A stretch of 53,287 nucleotides of DNA, taken from IMG/VR virus record IMGVR_UViG_3300028293_000002, positions 1 through 53,287 of that record; one strand, written 5' to 3'. Source of the DNA: a virus. Lineage: Duplodnaviria; Caudoviricetes. A model generated the notes under the pieces. That model was given only the letters and a program-made list of their open reading frames with translations, had not been told where the DNA came from and ran no database searches. Positions 44,717 through 53,160 of the stretch are shown piece after piece (the stretch's first letter is position 1; each line of letters opens with the position of its first letter). The translations under genes and the position numbers were made by a program.

Positions 44717-44932
44717 ATGGCACCAGAAGAACTAGCGAAGCTGTCGAACGAAGAACTTGTCAAGCGGATCATGGGCTCGATTCGTGAGACCATTGACGCC
44801 GCTCGCCGTGAGGCCGCCGCGGAGGAGCGCGAGGCGTGCGCTAAGTTGGCTGACGAGCAGGAAATCGACGCCTTCGGCGAAAACGGCCAGCTTCGCCAGT
44901 ACATCGGCAACGCCATCCGCGCTCGGAAGTGA
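44717..44932 (+). CDS. Hypothetical protein (71 aa)
   Basis: EREACAKLAD...IGNAIRAR motif common in phage small proteins. Confidence 0.7.
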   Translation: MAPEELAKLSNEELVKRIMGSIRETIDAARREAAAEEREACAKLADEQEIDAFGENGQLRQYIGNAIRARK

Positions 44933-44965
44933 ACTCCCGCAGCACGCTCATACTCCGAGGACAGC

Positions 44966-45187
44966 ATGACAGACGAGCAGCTTTCCGAGATCGAGGCTCG
45001 CCAGGACATCCCCGCACTCATCGAGGAAGTTCGCAACCGCGGACAGCGACTGGCTGAAGCTAAAATTCAGATTCGGAACCTTCTTCTTAGCGCTGATGCG
45101 ATGTGGGAAGAACAACGCATGGGCCACGACTGGGCCGAATCCTGCAAAGAGGCTCGCGCCTTTATCCGGTCAGAGAGTGGAAAGTGA
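44966..45187 (+). CDS. Hypothetical protein (73 aa)
   Basis: MTDEQL.EIEARQDIPALIEEV motif. Confidence 0.7.
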   Translation: MTDEQLSEIEARQDIPALIEEVRNRGQRLAEAKIQIRNLLLSADAMWEEQRMGHDWAESCKEARAFIRSESGK

Positions 45188-45212
45188 ACCATTCGATTTA
45201 GGAGATGACGCC

Positions 45213-45617
45213 GTGGCTTCTCGTCATCACGACCGCGTTGCTCGCGGGCTCTGCGCAAAGTGCTCAAGCCCGCCCATGCCGGGCCGGGTGATGTGCGAGG
45301 GGTGCCTAAAGAAGTTGGTGGAACACACAAAGCGCTACAAACAGAAGGCAGTGGCGGCCGGCATCTGTTGTTGGGGCGGATGCGACCAACCTGCGACGAA
45401 CGCTCGGCACTGCGAGGCTCATTTGCAGCAACACCGGGCAACGGTCAGGCGGTTGCGGCACCAGAAGAGGGCGGCAGGGATTTGTATGGCGAGCGGATGC
45501 AAGCTGAAAGCACGCCACGGGCAAGTCCTCTGCGATGCCCACGCCAAACTAAATAGCGAACGGGCGTCTGCTTATGCCAGGGCAAGGCGAGCGGTGGCCC
45601 GAGAATCCAGGAAGTGA
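45213..45617 (+). CDS. Triple Zn-finger repeat basic protein
   Basis: Three G(L/I)C..C...C..(C/H) units separated by basic helices. Confidence 0.7.
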   Translation: MASRHHDRVARGLCAKCSSPPMPGRVMCEGCLKKLVEHTKRYKQKAVAAGICCWGGCDQPATNARHCEAHLQQHRATVRRLRHQKRAAGICMASGCKLKARHGQVLCDAHAKLNSERASAYARARRAVARESRK

Positions 45618-45650
45618 ATTACAGTCGGTGAACCTTTCGAGGGACAAGCG

Positions 45651-45860
45651 ATGGGCGAGATGATTTGCGCGGGCCAGCGATTCCTTCCGAACGGCGACTT
45701 GCTCATTGCTTGGCATCGGCCGCGGAATCGAATGCTGGTTCAGGTACGCGGATTTCGGCATGGCGAGCTTGTGTTGGTCGATTCGTGGGTCGAGCCGACC
45801 TGTCCGGCGTGCGGCGCCCCGTTCGGGACGCATGCGAGCATTTGCAAACTACGGAAGTGA
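45651..45860 (+). CDS. Hypothetical protein (69 aa)
   Basis: CPACG...H...C. Confidence 0.55.
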   Translation: MGEMICAGQRFLPNGDLLIAWHRPRNRMLVQVRGFRHGELVLVDSWVEPTCPACGAPFGTHASICKLRK

Positions 45861-46146
45861 GAACCACAGGCGGGAGATGATGCACATGAAAAACGACGAC
45901 GCTATGAAACAACTCGGCCGAAACCTGGCCGGGTTGACGGCCGACTCCGATCAGCACATGGCGGCAATGGTGCAAATGCTCGGCAGGATGTCAGCCGCCC
46001 AGGTCATGGCCCTCGCGGCGGCGATCGCTGACTCCAATAATTCGCTACTTTCCGGGCTGGCGTTGCTCGGATTAGTCAAGGCTATCGAGAGCATGATGGG
46101 CCAGCGCATCGAGACGTGAATAACCTTCAGAGAAGGACTAACCACG

Positions 46147-46419
46147 ATGGATCAGCCAACTCCCGAATGGGCGAAAGACCCGCGAAATGCGTTCATCGAA
46201 ACCGACGGGCTGGAGCGCGTCGATACAGCGATCAGCGCGGCCTACGATCAACAAACGCGGGACCACATTCTCAAGCCGCTCCGCGTCGAATTGGATCGCC
46301 TTCGCGCGGCTGTGGCGGAACTGGTGAAGGAAGGCGAGTTGATGATGGGCAACTGGACGAACGTCAAAGCCCGCGACCGCTTCAGTGCCACCCTCGCGAA
46401 GCACGCGGCAGCGAAATGA
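46147..46419 (+). CDS. Hypothetical protein (90 aa)
   Basis: AAGGA RBS. Confidence 0.6.
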   Translation: MDQPTPEWAKDPRNAFIETDGLERVDTAISAAYDQQTRDHILKPLRVELDRLRAAVAELVKEGELMMGNWTNVKARDRFSATLAKHAAAK

Positions 46420-46449
46420 GGCACGTACCAGCAGGGGAGGTTAGGCTAA

Positions 46450-46821
46450 GTGGCCACCGAGGACGACTTTCACCGGCTGCTCGACGCGGAGCCCGACAAC
46501 TTCGACGCCCGCGGCATCTTCGCCGACTGGCTTGAGCAGTGCGGAGACTGGCGCGCGGCCGGGTATCGGTGGATGTGGGAGAAGGAGAAGGTTCCGCAGC
46601 ATTTTGTCTTTAACGGGGTCGATGATTGGAATTGGCGAGCGGACAACTACTATCTCGACGGTCAAGGCAAAGTGTACACCGCCGGAGTCGGCGAGTTCTT
46701 TCTAATGCTGACCGGGTTTTATGACGAGCGGCACGCTTGGAGGGCCTGGCTCACCCGTCGGGAGGCCGAAGAGGCCCTTTGCCGCGTGATCCACGAACAG
46801 CAACTCGCCGCCGTGGCGTGA
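46450..46821 (+). CDS. Second TIGR02996-domain protein (123 aa)
   Basis: TEDDFHRLLDAEPDNFDARGIFADWLEQCGDWRA. Confidence 0.82.
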   Translation: MATEDDFHRLLDAEPDNFDARGIFADWLEQCGDWRAAGYRWMWEKEKVPQHFVFNGVDDWNWRADNYYLDGQGKVYTAGVGEFFLMLTGFYDERHAWRAWLTRREAEEALCRVIHEQQLAAVA

Positions 46822-46845
46822 AGTGAATCCCCGCAGCAGAAGGAT

Positions 46846-46883
46846 GAAAGCCCGGCCGGCGGGTAACTCGCAGCCGACCGGGC
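46846..46883 (-). terminator. Hairpin terminator between the convergent arms
   Basis: GCCCGGTCGGC / GCCGGCCGGGC stem followed by TTTC on the minus strand. Confidence 0.55.
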
Positions 46884-46897
46884 GAGAAGTGCAACGC

Positions 46898-47494
46898 TCA
46901 GCCGCCGCCCTGCAAAACCTTTAAGACCTCGGCGATCCCACCTTTCACGAACGCCATGAGCAGCCCCAGCCAATCGACGTTCGCGCTCCCGCCGACGCTG
47001 GCCTCGTGGGCCGCGAGTTTGGCCTCTGGAACGCCGTGCTTGACGAGGAAGGCACGAATGGCCCGGTGGTCACGGAATGGCCCGCCCACGACGTTCGGGG
47101 CCGCTGTAGCGACAGGCGCAACGGTAACGACCGTTCTGGCGCCAGTCGTCGGCATCATGGCGTAGCCGCCACCTGTGCAGCCGGTTGCCTGGACCTTCAC
47201 CGCCACGCCGCACGAGCCGACGCAGCCGGTGGAGCGATGTTCCATTCTCGCGCTGCGGTTTACGGCGGCTTTGTCGAGCGCCTCGCCCACGCGCTCCGCG
47301 AACCGGGCGGCGAAGTGCGGGCGTGCTTCATTGATGGCGCCGAACAGGCCGGTGCCGCGCTCGCGGACGGTGACACGCACCTCGTGGACCGCGGCCACAG
47401 TGCGGCTGCCGAAGCTGTAGCCGACGCAGCCTTGCGCGGTGGCGAAGCTGTTGATGGCGAGCAGGGCGGCGATGGTCAGGGTCAGAGTCTTCAT
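46898..47494 (-). CDS. Signal-peptide protein with GCxG repeats (198 aa)
   Basis: MKTLTLTIAALLAINSFATAQ; GCVG x2, GCTG; amphipathic C-terminus. Confidence 0.7.
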   Translation of the reverse strand: MKTLTLTIAALLAINSFATAQGCVGYSFGSRTVAAVHEVRVTVRERGTGLFGAINEARPHFAARFAERVGEALDKAAVNRSARMEHRSTGCVGSCGVAVKVQATGCTGGGYAMMPTTGARTVVTVAPVATAAPNVVGGPFRDHRAIRAFLVKHGVPEAKLAAHEASVGGSANVDWLGLLMAFVKGGIAEVLKVLQGGG

Positions 47495-47603
47495 TGGTCT
47501 ACTTCTCCGAAGGATGTTTCCCTACAATTCACGGTGGCAACTCAAGGTGTTGTCTCTCAGAACGGGCCTCGTCAGTGCTGGTCACTGGCGGGGTCTTTTC
47601 ATC

Positions 47604-48068
47604 TCACGGCTTCGGCACGGTCGGCACCGCGGGCTTCGGCGGTATCGTCGCTTTCTTGATCTCTTCGGTCTTCTTGTTTAGTCCGTCGACCTTCTTGTCC
47701 AGGCGGTCGACGTTCTTCGCGTGCAGGTCTTTGGCCGCGTCGATCTTGGTTGAGTTCTCCGCGGACTGGTCCTTGGCGGCGACGGCTTCCTTCTTCACTT
47801 CCTCAGTCTTTTGGATCACGTCGGTGTGATTCCACGCTTGCCGCACGGCAACGACGCCAGTCACGATGCCGGTCACGAGAACGCCCGCCGCGGCGATCAC
47901 GGCGGAGATCCGCGAAATGAACGTGAACCACGACGCGGGCACTTCCAGCGGCGTCCACGGCACCGGGGCGGGCTGCGTAACAACGGCAGGCGCCGGGTGC
48001 GGCTGCTGCGAGGCGAGCCAGTCCATGAACCACTTCGGCGGTTGCTCGGCGGGGGCGGTATCGGCCAT
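47604..48068 (-). CDS. TM plus coiled-coil protein (spanin/holin-like, 154 aa)
   Basis: One TM helix followed by a Lys-rich coiled coil and Pro-rich tail. Confidence 0.6.
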   Translation of the reverse strand: MADTAPAEQPPKWFMDWLASQQPHPAPAVVTQPAPVPWTPLEVPASWFTFISRISAVIAAAGVLVTGIVTGVVAVRQAWNHTDVIQKTEEVKKEAVAAKDQSAENSTKIDAAKDLHAKNVDRLDKKVDGLNKKTEEIKKATIPPKPAVPTVPKP

Positions 48069-48076
48069 GAGAACTC

Positions 48077-48310
48077 CTATGGGTTTCGTTCGCCCTTCTT
48101 GTCGATCTTGATCGGACTACCGCAGTATTTGCACGGCTTTTCGAGGTCAGGCCAGAATGCCGGGCGCCAACAGTGTTCGTTGCTGCATTGACCCGTTGGG
48201 CTCCCGGCCGCATTCCATGCTTGGAAGTCCGCCAGCGATTTGAAGCCGAGATCGCCGGCTACTTCAGCCTCTGAAACGATTTTGCCTTCGATGTCGCCGC
48301 CACGGCTCAT
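48077..48310 (-). CDS. Small Zn-ribbon protein (77 aa)
   Basis: CSNEHC...CKYCG. Confidence 0.6.
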   Translation of the reverse strand: MSRGGDIEGKIVSEAEVAGDLGFKSLADFQAWNAAGSPTGQCSNEHCWRPAFWPDLEKPCKYCGSPIKIDKKGERNP

Positions 48311-48347
48311 GGTGCGGTCCTTTGGTTTGGCCCATCGTGCGGGCGGT

Positions 48348-48590
48348 TCATCGCTTCAGCGCATTAACGATCTCGTTCCCGACGCCGAACGCCCAGCGCT
48401 CCGCCGCGGTCTGCGCCTCTTCCAGCGTCAGATACCCGGCCGGGTCGACGGTGTAGTTGCTCATGGCGAACCACTGCCCATCGCGCTCCTCGACCACGAG
48501 GCCGAAGATGCCGACGATACGCTCCCAGCGGCCCAGCTTGGCATTCCACGTCCAGCCCATCGCCGTCAACTCCCTGGGGCTGTTGGTCAT
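48348..48590 (-). CDS. Hypothetical protein (80 aa)
   Basis: ATGA overlap; TLEEAQ..AE motif. Confidence 0.6.
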   Translation of the reverse strand: MTNSPRELTAMGWTWNAKLGRWERIVGIFGLVVEERDGQWFAMSNYTVDPAGYLTLEEAQTAAERWAFGVGNEIVNALKR

Positions 48591-48820
48591 GCGGACGGCG
48601 GTTCGCCCTTGCCGCGAATCATGTTGCCGTTCCGGTCCTGCCACCACCAAATCGGCGGCGGTGGCACGCGGTTCAAGTCCTGTAGCTGCTCGTCGCGGAT
48701 TCGGTTTTCTTCGATCCAAGCCTGTTGCCAGCGATTCGCCGCGACAACGGCACCGATCCAAAAGCCGACCGTGAAAATCAGCAGCACCCAGCCGACGAGA
48801 ACGAATCGGTTCATGCTCAT
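48587..48820 (-). CDS. Single-TM protein (77 aa)
   Basis: FVLVGWVLLIFTVGFWIGAVVAA. Confidence 0.6.
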   Translation of the reverse strand: MSMNRFVLVGWVLLIFTVGFWIGAVVAANRWQQAWIEENRIRDEQLQDLNRVPPPPIWWWQDRNGNMIRGKGEPPSA

Positions 48821-48852
48821 CTCCACTGCCCGACCGGGCACGCCCCGCCCGG

Positions 48853-49476
48853 TCAGCGACGTTGCATCTGGTAGACGGGCGTGAACTGCTGGACGGTTCG
48901 CGCTGGGGTCGCCGCAAGCAGCGGATTGTGATCGCGGCAGTTACCCGCCTTGCACTCCTCATGAGGAAGACAATGGCACCCGTGGCCGGTCGCGGCGCAG
49001 GCACAAGGCTTCCTTGGGTCAGTCGGCGTATTGAGCGGCTGGGCGAGCCATGCGGCGATAGGGTCTGGGGTCGCCGAGGTTCGCTTGGCGACGCCACCTT
49101 CCCTTGCGCTGCCGAACGCCTTGAGGAGCAGTTTTGCCGGCGGCAAACTCGGCGGGTCGCTGAACTCCGCGGCCCATCCCTTGCCGGACACTTCCCGATA
49201 GTCGCCCGCCGCGTTCATCGCCCCCACCATGGCGCCGCTACTGAGCCAGCAGAGATTGACCTGCCCCGGCGTCCGCGCGTCATAGGTCCAAACTGTAACA
49301 TCGTCAGCCCCGACATGGCCGGCGGGTTGCGCCCGAGTCCGTTCGGGCGCCGTTCGCTCCGTGGCGCTGGCTTGTGCTTGAGCAAGGGCGAGCGCGGCCC
49401 GCGCGCCGGCGTCGTCGGCGAAGCAAGTCGACGAGAAGGCCAGTTTCAGGGCCAGCAGAATCGTAAGTCGTTTCAT
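48853..49476 (-). CDS. Signal-peptide protein with a Cys-rich C-terminus (207 aa)
   Basis: MKRLTILLALKLAFSSTCFA; CAC...CHC...C...C. Confidence 0.65.
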   Translation of the reverse strand: MKRLTILLALKLAFSSTCFADDAGARAALALAQAQASATERTAPERTRAQPAGHVGADDVTVWTYDARTPGQVNLCWLSSGAMVGAMNAAGDYREVSGKGWAAEFSDPPSLPPAKLLLKAFGSAREGGVAKRTSATPDPIAAWLAQPLNTPTDPRKPCACAATGHGCHCLPHEECKAGNCRDHNPLLAATPARTVQQFTPVYQMQRR

Positions 49477-49530
49477 GGCAATGCCTTTGTCTAGTCGACG
49501 ACCACCATTTCAGGGGCGTCCCTGAAATGG

Positions 49531-50445
49531 TCAATTCCAGTCGACTGGCGGACCCCAATCCACGGGCGGCACGGGCGCCGGCGCCGGCGGGAAAGGCGAT
49601 ACTGGTAGCCTGTTTCCGCCGCACGCGACCCACCACGCGGCTTTCTGTTCGTAGCTCTCGCCGTCGGGTGCCAGACCCGTCGCCGGGTCGAACATCTCGA
49701 TCGAGAATTGCAGCGTGATTTCCGGGTCGCTTGCCGCCACGCCGGCCGTGGTCAGCATGATCGGCGTGCCGAAGCCCCATGTCTCATCGAAGTAGTAGTC
49801 GGCGGGCGAAGGCGTGCCCCCCACGAGGCTTTTGACCTTGAACGGGAGCGGCGCCCCCTTGGCAACGAAGCCCGACAGGTGCATGGCGTGGCCCGCGTTC
49901 CTGTCCGCGTGGCCCATGCCGGCGTCCCACACAACGCCAGGGCCGGCGTTGCTGAGCCAGCCGGTGAGCAGCGAAGCCGTGTAGCTGCCGCCGAAGAACT
50001 TCCAGAGGCCGAACCGCACGGACTCGACATCCGAAGTCTTGACGGTCATTTCGTCAAGAATCTTGTGGCCGAAGATGCCTTTCTTCCACGCCGGGAAGAT
50101 TTGATCGTCGCCCAGCCCGTTGTCGCCGCCGCTGAGCTGGTGATAGAGCTTCAGCACGGCGGACGTGTCGAACTGCGGCGGCACGCTCACGTTCCCGAGC
50201 CACGTTTGGATGCAGTGCAGCGCATCGACAAGGTAACAGTCGCCTTCCTGGTCGTTGCCAAGGATGGGGTATTGGATCGCGCGGGCCTTCGACCCGTCGA
50301 ACGAAGGCGGCGCTGGCGGCATGGAGGCCATGAGCGCCTCCAGGTGCCGGGGCAGGCTGAAGCGCCGGCCGTGCATCTTGAACCGCAATTGCTCGCGGTC
50401 CACGAGTTGAACGGGACCGACGCCGGGGATGTTGACCACGGGCAT
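49531..50445 (-). CDS. Papain-like cysteine peptidase, candidate endolysin (304 aa)
   Basis: ILGNDQEGDC (catalytic Cys), GHAM (His), TWG. Confidence 0.7.
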   Translation of the reverse strand: MPVVNIPGVGPVQLVDREQLRFKMHGRRFSLPRHLEALMASMPPAPPSFDGSKARAIQYPILGNDQEGDCYLVDALHCIQTWLGNVSVPPQFDTSAVLKLYHQLSGGDNGLGDDQIFPAWKKGIFGHKILDEMTVKTSDVESVRFGLWKFFGGSYTASLLTGWLSNAGPGVVWDAGMGHADRNAGHAMHLSGFVAKGAPLPFKVKSLVGGTPSPADYYFDETWGFGTPIMLTTAGVAASDPEITLQFSIEMFDPATGLAPDGESYEQKAAWWVACGGNRLPVSPFPPAPAPVPPVDWGPPVDWN

Positions 50446-51194
50446 TACTTCAACTCCGAAAGGTGTTTGGCCACGTTCAGGAACGAATCCGCGATCTTGT
50501 CGCGAGTCGCATCGTCCAGCGGCTTGTTTTCGAGGACAAGAATAAGTTCCGCGTCTTGCTGCTTGCGAATGGCCTCGATGACATGCGGGAGCGAGCCTTG
50601 TAGGAAGGCGTCGCGCGCGGTTTTGAAAATGTCGTGGACTTTCTTGCCCGTGTCATTGGCCGCGAGGTAGATCGTCCCGTTCGGCTTCGTCGCCGCGACT
50701 CGATAGATGCTGACAAGATCGCCAATGCGCGCCTTATCCGCGGTCGTTTCGAGTGCCCACGCATTGGCCAGGGCCTTCGCGAACGGGTCAACGGGGGCCG
50801 GCGGTCCACCGGGCGGACCTTGCGGGACGACAGGCCCTTGCGGTCCAGCCGGCCCCGGATCACCTTTCGGACCAGCAGGTCCGCGTGGCCCCGGCGGTCC
50901 CGGACGGCCCACCCCCATCGCCTCGACTTGCCCCGCGCTCGCCCCGAGCTTGGCGAGCTCGGCATTGAGCGCCGCCACCATCGCCGCTTCCTGCTTCACC
51001 ATCTCCGCGATCTTCGCCCGCATGGCGAGGATGTCGGCCACGGTTGGCGTTGGTGCTGGTGCGGGGGGCGGCGGGTCCGCTTTCGGCGCCGCTTGCGCCA
51101 CGACGCGGGCAGTGCGGCGTGCCTCATCCGCGGGCCAGGCGGGAAGGGTCAGCAAGATGGCGGCGAGGGCCGCTGTGCGGAGTCGGCAGGTCAT
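50445..51194 (-). CDS. Signal-peptide protein with a collagen-like repeat (249 aa)
   Basis: N-terminal signal; GRPGPPGPRGPAGPKGDPGPAGPQGP. Confidence 0.75.
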   Translation of the reverse strand: MTCRLRTAALAAILLTLPAWPADEARRTARVVAQAAPKADPPPPAPAPTPTVADILAMRAKIAEMVKQEAAMVAALNAELAKLGASAGQVEAMGVGRPGPPGPRGPAGPKGDPGPAGPQGPVVPQGPPGGPPAPVDPFAKALANAWALETTADKARIGDLVSIYRVAATKPNGTIYLAANDTGKKVHDIFKTARDAFLQGSLPHVIEAIRKQQDAELILVLENKPLDDATRDKIADSFLNVAKHLSELK

Positions 51195-51469
51195 GTTTTT
51201 TCCTCTCCACAGATGAAGCACCAGCCGCGTTCCGACCATTCGTGTTCGCCCACGGCACAGTTTTCGAGGCATGGGCAGTCGTGTTTCAAATGATCGCGGT
51301 GAGCTTCGCAAAAGTACCCGCCGCAACCGTTCTCGCCGCCGTGCATCGTGCCGCAGCAGTAGGCCAACCCGCGATCAATGCGAACTGTGCAACCCGGCTG
51401 GTCACACGTCGCGGTGACAGCGTAACCGACCTCACGACCGTCTGCGGTAGTTCCGTGTCCCCATCCCAT
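51191..51469 (-). CDS. Cys/His-rich metal-binding protein (92 aa)
   Basis: MGW...GY.V.ATCD.PGC...IDRGLAYCCG..HG...GCGGYFC..H. Confidence 0.75.
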   Translation of the reverse strand: MGWGHGTTADGREVGYAVTATCDQPGCTVRIDRGLAYCCGTMHGGENGCGGYFCEAHRDHLKHDCPCLENCAVGEHEWSERGWCFICGEEKT

Positions 51470-51654
51470 CAGTGCGGTTTCTCCAACACCTTCATCACTG
51501 CCAATCGGATCATCGTCTTCACCATGCGGCGCCGGTCAGGGTCTTCTTCGGCGTCCTGCCAATAGTCCAGTGCGTTTCGGAACAGCTCCGACTTCAGCAG
51601 CCGCTCCATCGCGTCGTCAATGTCGCGTTCCAGGGCGGTACTCTCGTCGCTCAT
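51469..51654 (-). CDS. Hypothetical protein (61 aa)
   Basis: Coupled ORF. Confidence 0.55.
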   Translation of the reverse strand: MSDESTALERDIDDAMERLLKSELFRNALDYWQDAEEDPDRRRMVKTMIRLAVMKVLEKPH

Positions 51655-51845
51655 CACGTCCGCTCCGGTACGTCGCCCCACACCGGCGGCAGGCCCTTGA
51701 GCCGCCGGTTCTCCAGAATCAGTTGCAGCAGTTCCTGCGGTGGCACGAGCCACTTGTCTTGCAGGCTGCTCCAGACCGCGCCGGGCAGCGACTGCCGGAT
51801 CGTGCGGGCGATGGCGGATTCGGAGAGTGGCGGCGAAGGCGTCAT
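51654..51845 (-). CDS. Hypothetical protein (63 aa)
   Basis: ATGA overlap. Confidence 0.5.
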   Translation of the reverse strand: MTPSPPLSESAIARTIRQSLPGAVWSSLQDKWLVPPQELLQLILENRRLKGLPPVWGDVPERT

Positions 51846-52003
51846 AGGTCGTTGCCCCGGTTGCGCCCCATCAGCACATAGATGATTACGACGAGGAGCA
51901 CCACAAACAGCAGTCCGCCGCCGCCGCCGTATGGGCCACCGATGTAGAACCCACCGCCGCCGAACGCGAGGATGAGCAGGATTAGGAGCACGAGCAGGAT
52001 CAT
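51842..52003 (-). CDS. DUF3309-like two-TM Gly-rich peptide (53 aa)
   Basis: MILLVLLILLILAFGGGGFYIGGPYGGGGGLLFVVLLVVIIYVLMGR. Confidence 0.7.
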   Translation of the reverse strand: MILLVLLILLILAFGGGGFYIGGPYGGGGGLLFVVLLVVIIYVLMGRNRGNDL

Positions 52004-52227
52004 GGGCGCACGATCCTCTCTTCCACGACGACGGGCCGACGGGCGCCGGCGCCATCGTTGAACGGGTTTCCCCAAATCCCGTACCCGCACAGCGCGAGCA
52101 GAATCCAGAGCAGGAACGAGAAGCCGTAGTAGCGCCGGCCGGCGGGGTCTGCCGAGAACCCGAAGAAGCCGCCGAAGAGAACGGCGACGATCATTAAGAG
52201 CCAGAAGAGAATTCCAGTGAATGACAT
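52000..52227 (-). CDS. Two-TM membrane protein (75 aa)
   Basis: Two hydrophobic helices; GAGGTG RBS. Confidence 0.7.
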   Translation of the reverse strand: MSFTGILFWLLMIVAVLFGGFFGFSADPAGRRYYGFSFLLWILLALCGYGIWGNPFNDGAGARRPVVVEERIVRP

Positions 52228-52281
52228 TTGGTCACCTCTTCCGGGGATTCGAGGTTCATTCCCCACGCCGCACGTCGGCGG

Positions 52282-52650
52282 TCATTCCCGCGCCGGCACC
52301 CCGAGCGCGAGCTCCAGCGCCGTCAGACGCGCTCGCGCCGTCGCCAGCTTCGCTACATCCCGCTGTTCCCCGGTCATGGGCGAACGGTGTTCCGGCACCA
52401 CGGGAGCCAGCGCCGCGGGCAGCGTCTTGCCCTCCGTCGCCAGTTTCGCCTCCGCCTGCACCGTCAGCACCGTCAACGCCCGCTCGGATATTTGCTCGTA
52501 GGAGTTCACGCGGTTCACCAGGGACGATATTCGCGCGTCGACAGCCTTCTGGTACTGCCAGAACAGCACGCCGATGGCAGAAGCCAACGCGATCAACAAC
52601 CCGCTGATCGCTACTGTCGCTTCGGTGCTGAATGACACGTCGGCGAACAT
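52282..52650 (-). CDS. TM plus coiled-coil protein, holin-like (122 aa)
   Basis: VAISGLLIALASAIGVLFW followed by a coiled coil. Confidence 0.6.
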   Translation of the reverse strand: MFADVSFSTEATVAISGLLIALASAIGVLFWQYQKAVDARISSLVNRVNSYEQISERALTVLTVQAEAKLATEGKTLPAALAPVVPEHRSPMTGEQRDVAKLATARARLTALELALGVPARE

Positions 52651-52982
52651 CACGGCTTCTTTTTCTCCTCAAGCACCGTCACGCGGCTGGCCAGCGTGAT
52701 GATCTGCTGATGCAGGAACGCAATTTGAGCCGCCGTCGTCTTATTGAACTCCTTGGCTTCCTTCGCCTCCTTGGCGAGCGCCTCTAACGCCGCGGCCGAT
52801 TGCACCTGCGTCTCGGTACTCTTCGTCGCCGCGTCCGCCGCCGTGGACTGCTTGATCGTGCCGAAGATCGACGCGCCGCCCTGCGTCACGACGTAGGTGA
52901 GCAGGATCGGGATCAGCCACTTCGGAATATGGAAGTGGCCGTTCCCGTCGTGGTGCGGGGCCGGCGTTGGCATCGTCGCCAT
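52650..52982 (-). CDS. TM plus coiled-coil protein (110 aa)
   Basis: AAGGA RBS; WLIPILLTYVV; coiled-coil C-terminus. Confidence 0.65.
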   Translation of the reverse strand: MATMPTPAPHHDGNGHFHIPKWLIPILLTYVVTQGGASIFGTIKQSTAADAATKSTETQVQSAAALEALAKEAKEAKEFNKTTAAQIAFLHQQIITLASRVTVLEEKKKP

Positions 52983-52997
52983 GCGGATTCCTTATGG

Positions 52998-53150
52998 TTA
53001 CGGCAGCCCGCAGTTGGTGGTCGTCTGGTCCCCGTAGTTCACGCCGGGCGTCACCGGCTCGGGGCACTCTTGCCCCTCTGGACAACGGTGCGGGTAGACG
53101 GGCGACTCTACCCAATTGATGTTGTTCCAGAACCAAATACAGCTTTGCAT
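52998..53150 (-). CDS. 50-aa Trp/Cys-rich peptide (not in ORF track)
   Basis: MQSCIWFWNNINWVESPVYPHRCPEGQECPEPVTPGVNYGDQTTTNCGLP*; fills the gap exactly. Confidence 0.6.
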   Translation of the reverse strand: MQSCIWFWNNINWVESPVYPHRCPEGQECPEPVTPGVNYGDQTTTNCGLP

Positions 53151-53160
53151 GGGGTCACTT

